A stretch of 63,802 bases of DNA, filler included, from Octopus bimaculoides (lineage: Eukaryota), in assembly GCF_001194135.2 (NCBI RefSeq). It is 6 parts of 6 records of this genome, joined end to end, with 100 filler letters (N's around TTAATTAATTAA, not from the genome) between each part and the next. Parts side by side here need not be neighbours in the genome. Positions count along the whole stretch, not along the records: positions 46,305 to 59,299 come from NC_068999.1; positions 59,400 to 61,560 come from NC_068982.1; positions 61,661 to 63,802 come from NC_068981.1; 3 more parts are not named here. One strand, given 5' to 3'. The stretch's first letter is position 1, and each line of letters begins with the position of its first letter. The position numbers and the translations under genes are program-made. Shown piece after piece: positions 52,603-63,802 of the stretch. A model generated the notes under the pieces. It saw only the letters and a program-made list of their open reading frames with translations, was not told where the DNA came from and ran no database searches.

Positions 52603-54495
52603 ACACACTTATCTCACATTGTATATTTACAAACTCACAAATCTACATACGCACTGGTACTTGTACATACTCCTATTCTCCAACCACTAAGCAATATCCA
52701 AGTTACCATTCTTTGAGCGCTAGATGCTTTATTGTAGATGTGTATTAATTACAATCACTACCTAAAATAATACACTACTAAAGAATATACTAACTTATTT
52801 TAGCAGCACTTACTAGTACAAACCTTTTTTTTATGGATTGGTGTCGTTACATGGGTTTACCCTATGTTTTCTTACTTTTCCGATCATTCCAGTTTAGATT
52901 CAAACAGCAATTTTGACCTGCTATCTAGATGTATCAGCTCAACCTGCATTACAGTTTTATATAATAAGATATATACCTTCCTTAACTATACTTTACATTT
53001 CATACTGTATAACTATCTACCTATCTTTCTGTTCATTTAACTTTTCAATACATATATCTATATTTCGGTCTATCTATCTATTATTACCCTACCTACCTTG
53101 CGGCAATGCTGGGGCGCCACATGTTTATGTACGTATGTTTATATATATATATATATATATACACCAAAAAATGGCTTATATATATATATATATATATATA
53201 TATGTCAGACCATGCCTTCCCCGACAGATAGGCCTCTTGATCGGGACAGATTTGTGCAATTTTTCGCAAAAAAGCTTCTTTGACGATCTTTTCCTTTTGA
53301 AATTATTTACATGCTTGTTCGACCGTTTCACATGGTTTTATTCATTAAAACTTCAGAAGTTCTTACAACTTTGGTCGTCGTAATGCTTTGCTTTCGTTTG
53401 CTTAATAAAAATACCTCCTCATAATGATTTTGCTTCATTTTGTTGTAGCAGAAAATGCTAGCTTCCAAATCCTGTTTTCTGATTAGATAAAATTGATTAA
53501 ACTTTAAACCTCAGTAACATATTACTACAACTTTGCTGGAACAAATAAATATCAAAATTGAATTTCACCTGCAAAAATTATTTCAATATAGCAAATTTGA
53601 AAATTTTTACGTAATTTTAAAATTTCCCAATGTGACAGTTACAGGGAAGACCATACAATTGTAGAGAGACAGACAGTTAAATCGCGTTGAAAAGTGGAAG
53701 ATGGAAGTGAATATTTTTCTGAACCATTAGAATTTTGAGATGATGTAAAAATCCATATAAGTAGTGTTGAAGGTGCAATGTAAAGAAATAACTGCTCTGA
53801 ATGTTTTTATATTCTTACGCCTTCTAGTTTGAGCTGTGTGTTATTTTTCAATTTATGCTAAGAATAAACAGTTTTAGCTATGGAACAAAATGAAAGATAT
53901 TATATTTAGTTTTATTGTTTCAGTATGTTGGTAAAGTTTTTATAAATCTTAATACTGTGATTTGAAAACAAATATAAAAACACTTTACTTTTCACTTGTT
54001 AGTGTTACATCTGTTGCTGGATATATTGTAAAAGTTTTGAGTGAGCATACGATAGTCAATTCACTAAAGTGTATGCGTTAAGTGATAGGTAAAAATTAAA
54101 GAACAAAGTATTAAAATTTGCTCTTTCCTTCAGTAAACACATTCTCTCTCTCCCACTCTGTCCCTATTTCTCGTTCTCTCTCTCTCTCCCTCTCTCTCTC
54201 ACATTTCCTGTCTCCCTGTCTCTTCTTGTTTCATTCCCTTCCCTGATATCAGCTACCTTCAATGTGCCACCACGTTCCCCTCAACCTAACACTCTTTGCA
54301 TCCTTCTCATTTTATCATATAATATCACAAACCTCGTAGAGGGCCCATTATCGATTTTTATTGAAAGCCAATTAGTCTATAATTGAACTGGATGTTAGTT
54401 TAATATGTATGCAAAGTGTCGTGGTGATTGATTCACTGGTATAGGCATCACGATGGTAACAGCGAAAAAGACAGAAGTTGCTATTTCTATATAAG

Positions 54496-54560
<65 letters not shown>

Positions 54561-54817
54561 NNNNNNNNNNNNNNNNNNNNNNNNNNNNNNNNNNNNNNNN
54601 NNNNNNNNNNNNNNNNNNNNNNNNNNNNNNNNNNNNNNNNNNNNNNNNNNNNNNNNNNNNNNNNNNNNNNNNNNNNNNNNNNNNNNNNNNNNNNNNNNNN
54701 NNNNNNNNNNNNNNNNNNNNNNNNNNNNNNNNNNNNNNNNNNNNNNNNNNNNNNNNNNNNNNNNNNNNNNNNNNNNNNNNNNNNNNNNNNNNNNNNNNNN
54801 NNNNNNNNNNNNNNNNN

Positions 54818-54856
<39 letters not shown>

Positions 54857-55849
54857 TTTTCTCTATCTTTTAAACCCCTCTATCAATCATTCTATCCATC
54901 TGTATTTCTATCTATCGAATCTCTATGAAAAGAGAATTCACATTACGGCTCTATCAAACATGCTACCAATATCCTTTGTCAACGAAAAGAAATAAATAGA
55001 CTTGTATTCTAACTTGAAGTTAGAGTGTAACAGAATGTCCATTTTGGGAGGGTTTGAGGTGGAGGCGAGTGGTTACACCTACTCAGTACTTGTCGTGTAC
55101 CTATTTTATGGATCTTAAAAGACGCACTTTACTTTATCGACTCCTGAAAGAATTAAAGCCCCGTCAACACCAACACTTGAGATTTGAACTTAGAACCTAG
55201 AGCGATGTAATTAAAGAAATACGACAAAACATTTTGTCCATAGATCTACCAATTCTCCCAATTCCCGCCTCTTGTACATAAATTATACAGTCCAGTCACT
55301 TTAGTTACATTTGAAGAGAACCAAGAAAATGTCTCTGTGTATCAACAATTTAGGAAATACATAAGAGGCCAGTATCGCGATTTTTTCTTCTTTTCTTTCC
55401 TTTTTTTTTTTTTTTTGCTAGTCTCTGATCAGAATTGTTAAAAGAAATAATCTCTAATTCCCAAAGTAGCCTCAAGTAGCATGGTGTTTGGAATAGAATG
55501 TTTATTCTCATGTTCTCGTAACACGTGACATCGTAGACATTACAATGAACGATCGATGTTATCTTGTATTGGCTGACATTTTAAATCGCTGTCTCTTAAA
55601 ATTCTAAGCCGTAGATTATGTTCGGTTTGTCAAAGAATATGCTGCTGCAGCTACTTGTTGCTGCAGCTACTTGTTGCTGCGGCTGATAGCTGCTGCTTGC
55701 TACTGCTTGCTGCTGCTGTTGCTGTTGCAGTTACCGCTTGCTGCTGCTGTTGCTGTTGCAGTTACCGCTTGCTCTTCACTGCTAACTGTTCCTACTACCA
55801 CTATGCAAATATATAAATTTGCAATTCACGAAATCAACGATAGGCACAG

Positions 55850-56290
55850 GCGTGGCTATTGCAAGAAGTTTGCATCCCAACCACCTGGCTCTGCGTTCAA
55901 TCCCACTGCGTGGCACCTTAGACGTCTGCCTTCCACTACAGCCCAAGCTGAACAAAGCCTTATGAGTGGATTTGATAGACGGAAACTGAAAGACGCCCAT
56001 CATATATATATAAGACACACACACATAGATGCATATGTATATTTGTATATATCTACGTGTGTGTGTGTCTTTGTGTTTGTTATTTTTACCCTATTGCCGC
56101 TTGAGAACCGGTGTTGTTTTTCTTACGTCCTTGCAGCAAAGCGGGTCGGCAAAATCCGATAGAGTAAGTACCAGGCTTAAGAAAAAAGAATAAGTAGTGG
56201 GATCGATTAATATAAGTACTGGGTTCGAATAAAAACCCTGAAAGTGGTGCCCCAACATGGCCGCAGCCCAGTGACCGAAACAAGGGAAAG
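55850..56290 (+). mobile_element. SINE family C (opposite orientation to the other copies)
   Basis: GGCGTGGCTATTGCAAGAAGTTTGC..CCGATAGAGTAAGTACCAGGCTT..GGTGCCCCAACATGGCCGCAGCCCAGTGACCGAAAC. Confidence 0.75.
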
Positions 56291-56350
56291 ATAAGATAGA
56301 AGATTTGTTGTTTGGTTCTCATTTATAGATATTTCGTTTTGCTTTGACAG

Positions 56351-56387
56351 AAGAATTGCTAGTCCAATAGATAATTGCATAGTTGAA
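56351..56387 (+). CDS. Candidate small internal exon (RIASPIDNCIVE)
   Basis: TTTCGTTTTGCTTTGACAG acceptor, GAA|GTAAGC donor; only the phase-2 frame is open, matching the upstream candidate. Confidence 0.35.
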
Positions 56388-56629
56388 GTAAGCTAGCCAA
56401 GGTGTGTGTAGGGAATCGTTCAATGTGGAAGAAATACCAGTTAAATGCAACTGAAATTCCGAAGTCAGGCATTAAAAATCAAACAAATGACGGCAGTCGA
56501 GACTAGAATGTTTCAGATAGCAGGTTTTCTTCATTAGACTGTTGCTGTTGACGATAAAAAGAAGCACACACATACACACAGGGACACACACATGCACACA
56601 GGGACACACATATACACACGCGCTCACGT

Positions 56630-56686
<57 letters not shown>

Positions 56687-57303
56687 AACACACACATACA
56701 TACAGAAAGAATTAGGTGGGGAAATATATTTAGACAAAGTGAGAAAGAGAGAGAGACAGAGAGACAGTGAGAGAAAGAGGGAGAGAGAGAAGAAGTGGGA
56801 GACTGAGAGAGGGAAAGACAGAGATAGAAGAATATTCTAATGACCAATTCATTAAAGAACTGAGTTTTTGGAGCACCAGTCAAGAACACAATAAAACGTT
56901 TTACATTTTGAGAAATGTTTAAATGCAATGAAGTTATACACTAAACGATAGAAGCAAGAAAGGGGAGATGAGCCAGAGTGCGAGAAAGAAAGAGACTAAC
57001 AGACAGACGGGCAAAACGTAGAAAGAATTTTCTAAAATGATGAATCTTTACTCAATTTCTCGTTTCAGCCGCGGCATTGAGCCGTAAGATTGATTTTATT
57101 TAGTGGTATCTATTTAGGATGTTGTGGACTGGACCACTTGAAAATTAATTATTTTTGTATAAATATATTACGCGGAATGTAACAGGAATACGAATAAATT
57201 TTCGGTTATTCAATCGAACTTGTTTTCTCTTGAGTTGTTAGTAATTTCATTCAAACATACATAGACCATCCACTGATATACACATCTAAAATTAGGTATA
57301 AGG

Positions 57304-57727
<424 letters not shown>

Positions 57728-57744
57728 AATAATAATAATAATAA

Positions 57745-58400
57745 TTGGAAATGAGTGACAAACTGCCAGGGGAACAGAAAGGATGCAGAAGGGAAAGCCG
57801 AGGAACAAAAGACTAACTTCTGATAGACAGAACGGTACTGAACAACTGCAAGAAACGGCTTACTAACCTAGGCACGATGAGGATCGATTACAAGAAATCG
57901 TATGACATGATCTTCCCATTCCTGAATTTTAGAAAGTCTTGAGCTGATACAGGTGTCTGGTAACATATCAAATTTTTTTAGATCAATGAAAAACTAGAAT
58001 AAAGAATTAAAATCATGTGGAAAGTTTTGGTGAGGGTTAACATCAAGACAGGCATATTCCAAAGGGATAGTCTATGACCACTGCTGTTTGTGATTTGTAT
58101 CATACCCCTCACACAGATACTAAGTAAAATGGTATTGCGGTACACATTAAAAAGTGGAGAAAATTAAATCTGCTATGTATGGATGACTTAAAGAACTTTG
58201 GGAAAACTAAACCTGAAATAGATGGACAAGTCTCAACAGTGCAGATATTCAGTAAGGATATCGGAATGGAATTTGGGACTAAAAAGTGTGGTATGCTTAT
58301 AATGCAAAAAGGCAAAATAATGTCGTCTAATGATGTAGAACAACCCAATGGCAAAAAAAAAAATCAAGGACATTGAGACTCACATGATAATTAACAACCA
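57745..58400 (+). mobile_element. R4/Dong-type LINE reverse transcriptase fragment
   Basis: EQKGCR; IDYKKSYDM; GIFQRDSL*PLLFVI; LLCMDDLKNF; FSKDIGMEFGTKKCG. Preceded by (TAA)n. Confidence 0.85.
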
Positions 58401-58484
58401 AGTTTCAAAGATTATAATGTGCGGAGAGAGACCCTGTGCGATCTCTGGCAGCAAATCTACCACAACAAACAAGATCAACAATAA

Positions 58485-58515
<31 letters not shown>

Positions 58516-58588
58516 AATGATAATAATAATAATAATAATAATAATAACAGCAACAACAACAACAGCAATAATAATAGTAGTAGTAATG

Positions 58589-58660
<72 letters not shown>

Positions 58661-58669
58661 GCTAAAGGA

Positions 58670-59660
58670 CAGTAATTGTAGGAGATGGTGCAAGTCGACA
58701 ACATGGACCACAATATTCAACTGGTACTTACTTTATCGAGTCCCGAAATGATTGAAAGTCAAAGTCGACCCCGGCGGCATATGAAATTGCAACATAATGT
58801 CAGAAAAAATGCTGTTAAGAAATTTTCCGGCGCGGTAACCAATCTACCTGCTCACCGACTTAACAACAACAACAACAACAACAGCAACAACACCAACAAT
58901 AATAATAATAATGATAATAATAATAATAATACTTGTTTCCTTTTTCTCTCTGTCTTTCCTTTTTTCTCTATCACATGACTTTGTAAATGAACAATCTGGT
59001 GTGTTTATTTTTAATGGCCTACCTATGTATACAGTACGTTTCTTTGTTCTAGGTGTCAGGAAGACACTCGGCAAGAAATGGAAACAGAATTAAAAGTAAA
59101 TGCTAATGAAAACAATAATAACAAGAGCACTCACAAGACGCAAACCTCCGCCAAGGCAACACCAACATCCTCTCAAAAATTTGCCAGAGATGATTTTTAA
59201 AATGAGAATATCTGAAATAAACTCGACTGCTCTCACAAACGAGAAGTCTAAAAATTAACCCGGTGGTTCACAAAAATTAAGTAAAAAAACAGGAAAAATN
59301 NNNNNNNNNNNNNNNNNNNNNNNNNNNNNNNNNNNNNNNNNNNTTAATTAATTAANNNNNNNNNNNNNNNNNNNNNNNNNNNNNNNNNNNNNNNNNNNNT
59401 CTTCTTCTTCTTCTTCTTCTTCTTCTTCTTCTTCTTCTTCTTCTTCTTCTTCTCATCATCATCATCACTGATATCACTGATATTATTGTTTCTATGTGTA
59501 GTAACACCGGTGGTTGCAGCAACAGCAACAGTAGCAGTGGTGGGGTAGTGTTAAGAGTGGTAGTTGGGCCTCAGATTCCTGTGCTATCATAATAGTAGTA
59601 GTTGTAGTATTATTTATTGTAGTATTAGTAGTATTTAGTATCAACAGCTGCAGCATATTA

Positions 59661-59728
<68 letters not shown>

Positions 59729-59748
59729 CATCATTATTATTAATATTA

Positions 59749-59784
<36 letters not shown>

Positions 59785-59861
59785 NNNNNNNNNNTTATTA
59801 TTATTATTATTATTATTATTTATTATTATTATTATTATTATTATCATCATCATCATCATCA

Positions 59862-59917
<56 letters not shown>

Positions 59918-60631
59918 AACATCAGTGATGACAACGGCAACAATGATGATGATTACAAAAACATTAACAACAGTACTAGCAACAACAACAACAAAAGCAG
60001 CAGTAACAACAACAACAGCAATAATAATATCGATACCAATAAATGTAACTTATGACAAAGAAATTCAAAGGACGACGCAAAATATGGAACCCAGTACTAA
60101 ATATTTTATTGGAAAAAAAAAAAAAAAGAATGAAAAGAGCATACATAAACCATATGAGTAATATTCCGAAGTCTGATGCTACATCATTCATTTAGGTAAA
60201 GAGAGGTTTGTATGGTGGCGTTCATGCGTGACGATTGAGAGTCACACACTCACATGCAGTCACACATAGACATACATACACTCAGTCATACACCATTTCA
60301 AAGACTCCCTTGCTAAATGTTATTATTGCCATGTGTATCGTCTTTTTAAGTCTTTCTTTTTTTTTTTTAATATATTTCGAATCAATAATAGTAATAAAAA
60401 TAATTATAATAACAACATTAATGATAATGGTAATAATCATATAATAATAATTCTTTCAAATTTTTGGCAGATGGCCATTAATTTTTAAGGGAGGGGCAAG
60501 TACTTTATTTTATCGACCCCAAAAGGATAAAAGGCAAAGTTGATCTCGGTGGTATTTGAATTCAGAACACAAAGAGCCGTCCGACGCTCTAACATTTCTG
60601 CCAGCTCGCCGCCCTAATAATAATAATAATG

Positions 60632-60677
<46 letters not shown>

Positions 60678-60912
60678 TGATGATGATGAGGATGAGGATG
60701 ATGATGGCGGCGGTGGTTTCAAATTTTGGCACAAAGCCAGCAATTTCGGTGAGAGATTAAGTCAATTACATTGACTCAGGTGCTCAACTGGTACTTAATT
60801 TATCGACCCCGAAATGATGAAAGGCAAAGTCAACCTTGGTGGAATGTGAACTTAGAACGTAAAAACAGAAGAAATGCGGCTAAGCATTTTGTGCGACGCG
60901 CTAAGATTCTGC
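58670..60912 (-). mobile_element. Three SINE family A copies (about 58670-58860, 60460-60612, 60720-60912) among AAT/GAT tracts
   Basis: Reverse-complement consensus (CTGGTACTTAATTTATCGACCCCGAAA..GGCAAAGTCAACC..GAACT(T/C)AGAAC). Confidence 0.75.
59053..59095 (+). CDS. Candidate small internal exon (VSGRHSARNGNRIK or CQEDTRQEMETELK)
   Basis: TTTCTTTGTTCTAG acceptor, AAA|GTAAAT donor; two frames are open. Confidence 0.3.
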
Positions 60913-60946
60913 CAGATGATGATGATGATGATGATGATGTTGATGG

Positions 60947-61030
<84 letters not shown>

Positions 61031-61179
61031 CAACAATAATGATGATGATGATGATAGCATATGTCTGAAATCTTCTTTTAGGTCCTGTTCAGCGCTGCCA
61101 ATCCATTTAAAAACAAAACTACTATATATTTTTTATTGGTTTGGTTTTGAGAAAGAGGTAATTCTCATTGCCTTTTCAG

Positions 61180-61207
61180 GCCTTCTGAGAGCGAGAGTGA
61201 GAGGAGG
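61180..61207 (+). CDS. Candidate small internal exon (LLRARVRG or PSESESERR)
   Basis: TTCTCATTGCCTTTTCAG acceptor, GG|GTAAGG donor. Confidence 0.3.
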
Positions 61208-62136
61208 GTAAGGTGGGCTCCATGACCTTTGAAAGTCGAGCTCATGTTCTAAACACTGGTTTTGCTATTGCGTTTTGTCAAGAAAGATGTTTATATGAAG
61301 ATTAAAAAAGATTAAAGAAGGCACAAGCTGGAAACTGTAACAGACTTATGAATAAATTAATTTTATATACACACATATTTCAACATCCATTCGCACGGAC
61401 TTACATATGTACATATGAATACACACTTATACACGTATGTACATAGGTTTACCCAATGATTCATGATTAAATATATTTCAAAATAAACATACATATCTGT
61501 ATATGTATACATTTGATATATATATACATACATACATACATACATACATACATACATACANNNNNNNNNNNNNNNNNNNNNNNNNNNNNNNNNNNNNNNN
61601 NNNNTTAATTAATTAANNNNNNNNNNNNNNNNNNNNNNNNNNNNNNNNNNNNNNNNNNNNTATATATATATATATATATATATACATGAATACAAATGTG
61701 TGTGTGGGTGTTTGTATGCGTGTACGTGTCTATACACACATAAACATATACGCATGTATATGCATCCGTCAGGGGTTGTTGCTTTTTGAATTGTTATATT
61801 GAGTTATAATTTGCCAATAATTTAAACGATTGAATTAGGGAAATAGCGTGACAATATATAAGGAAAACCAATCACAAGCATATCTAACTATAATTAATCA
61901 TCGTGGTTTTAGTGGTTGTCAAAACAGCCGTTAAAATGCGTCACACATTTATGTAGTTGTCAAAAGCAGAACACGTGATATATTCAGCTATTTACGTTAA
62001 ATACACGTGATAATTTCATGTCTTTAGTATCTTAAAGAAGGTGACGTTAATCAGATTAGCTATATATTTGCCTATCAATAAATTAATCAATTGATCAATA
62101 AATAAATATACACGCGCTTCTCTATCTGTGTGTGAA

Positions 62137-62193
<57 letters not shown>

Positions 62194-62223
62194 TGAAAAT
62201 TATTGAATATTTTGTATGCAAAG

Positions 62224-62256
<33 letters not shown>

Positions 62257-63045
62257 NNNNNNNNNNNNNNNNNNNNNNNNNNNNNNNNNNNNNNNNNNNN
62301 NNNNNNNNNNNNNNNNNNNNNNNNNNNNNNNNNNNNNNNNNNNNNNNNNNNNNNNNNNNNNNNNNNNNNNNNNNNNNNNNNNNNNNNNNNNNNNNNNNNN
62401 NNNNNNNNNNNNNNNNNNNNNNNNNNNNNNNNNNNNNNNNNNNNNNNNNNNNNNNNNNNNNNNNNNNNNNNNNNNNNNNNNNNNNNNNNNNNNNNNNNNN
62501 NNNNNNNNNNNNNNNNNNNNNNNNNNNNNNNNNNNNNNNNNNNNNNNNNNNNNNNNNNNNNNNNNNNNNNNNNNNNNNNNNNNNNNNNNNNNNNNNNNNN
62601 NNNNNNNNNNNNNNNNNNNNNNNNNNNNNNNNNNNNNNNNNNNNNNNNNNNNNNNNNNNNNNNNNNNNNNNNNNNNNNNNNNNNNNNNNNNNNNNNNNNN
62701 NNNNNNNNNNNNNNNNNNNNNNNNNNNNNNNNNNNNNNNNNNNNNNNNNNNNNNNNNNNNNNNNNNNNNNNNNNNNNNNNNNNNNNNNNNNNNNNNNNNN
62801 NNNNNNNNNNNNNNNNNNNNNNNNNNNNNNNNNNNNNNNNNNNNNNNNNNNNNNNNNNNNNNNNNNNNNNNNNNNNNNNNNNNNNNNNNNNNNNNNNNNN
62901 NNNNNNNNNNNNNNNNNNNNNNNNNNNNNNNNNNNNNNNNNNNNNNNNNNNNNNNNNNNNNNNNNNNNNNNNNNNNNNNNNNNNNNNNNNNNNNNNNNNN
63001 NNNNNNNNNNTATATATATATATATATATATTGTGGTAGGTGGGG

Positions 63046-63286
63046 GTGGTCATGTTTCCGGTTTAGCCACTGAAAACACACGAACTATATTTTTAGAGTT
63101 CACTTGTTTCAGCTTTATTTTATATTAATTGTACCTCGGCCAGAGTTCTCTCGTCACATTTCTGTGACAGAAGTGTGACGAAAGAACTCTGGGCGAAATA
63201 CAATTAATATGAAATAAAGCTGAAGCAATTGAACATCAAATATATAGTGCGTGTGTCTTCCTTGGTTAAACTGGCAACATCATCAT
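63046..63286. repeat. About 240-bp imperfect palindrome (foldback element/MITE)
   Basis: Arms of about 120 bp centred at 63166 (..CACATTTCTGT g ACAGAAGTGTG..). Examples: TTCAGCTTTATTTTATATTAATTGTA versus TACAATTAATATGAAATAAAGCTGAA; pairing extends to CATGTTTCCGGTTTAGCCA versus TGGTTAAACTGGCAACATC. Confidence 0.92.
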
Positions 63287-63419
63287 CCCTAACTACAACA
63301 ATATCTATTTCAACAGACAAATTCACATCAAGAATCTTGCAAAACGAATATATAAACATACATATATATATATATGTGTATGTATATGTATATACACACA
63401 CACACACACGCACACACAT

Positions 63420-63785
63420 ACGATTGCGGCTATGCTGGAGCATCACCTTTAGTCGAGCAAATCGACCGGAGGATTTATTCTTTTTAAGCCTAGTACTTAT
63501 TCTATCGGTTACTTTTGCCGATCTGCTAAGTCAAGGGGGCGAAAGCACAGCAACATCGCTTGTCGAGCGACGATGGGGTGTCAAACACAAATACACAAAC
63601 ACACACACTCACACATACACATATATACGACAGGCTTCTTTGAGTTTCCGTCTACCAAATCCACTTACAATGATTTGGTCGCCCCGAGGCTACGGCAGAA
63701 AACAGTTGCCCAAGGTGCCACACAGTGGGACTGAACCCGGAACCATGTGGTTGTTAAGCAAGCTACTTACCACACAGCCACTCCT
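63420..63785 (-). mobile_element. SINE family C, near-complete
   Basis: TGCGGCTATGCTGGAGCATCACCTTTAGTCGAGCAAATCGACC..ACTGAACCCGGAACCATGTGGTTG..CACACAGCCACTCCT. Confidence 0.85.
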
Positions 63786-63802
63786 CTCTCTCTCTCTCTC
63801 TC

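Noticed and set aside
55291-55369. Exon-like VTFEENQENVSVYQQFRKYIRG
   Set aside because: It begins at a TA-CAGTC terminus-like motif, resembles a DUF4817-type transposase start, and has a weak donor.

Overview
This is AT-rich animal genomic DNA from a gapped short-read assembly (many N runs), dominated by microsatellites and transposon debris. The microsatellite load and the repeated tRNA-headed SINE families are consistent with an octopus/cephalopod genome; this is an inference from pattern, not a database result. Well-supported content: a near-full-length decayed Tx1-type LINE (about 31.6-37.4 kb), a Helitron PIF1-type helicase remnant, a Penelope-like GIY-YIG remnant, two RTE and two R4/Dong-type LINE remnants, two Tc1/mariner transposase remnants, several MITEs, and more than 30 SINE copies. 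I could not confidently identify any intact host gene or RNA gene. Two promoter-like motif clusters stand out: YY1/E-box/CRE at 27.6 kb, and CCAAT plus duplicated RFX X-box plus E-box at 45.9 kb. Each has a low-confidence chain of small candidate exons, and a CpG-depleted domain lies between them. Several exon-like segments turned out to be transposase fragments and were rejected. I found no strong evidence for a wholly new biological system. The best leads are a probable Merlin-type MITE carrying (TTAGGG)5, a duplicated exon-like cassette abutting a Helitron, a SINE sharing its 3' tail with the Tx1 LINE, the X-box promoter, and a 240-bp foldback.
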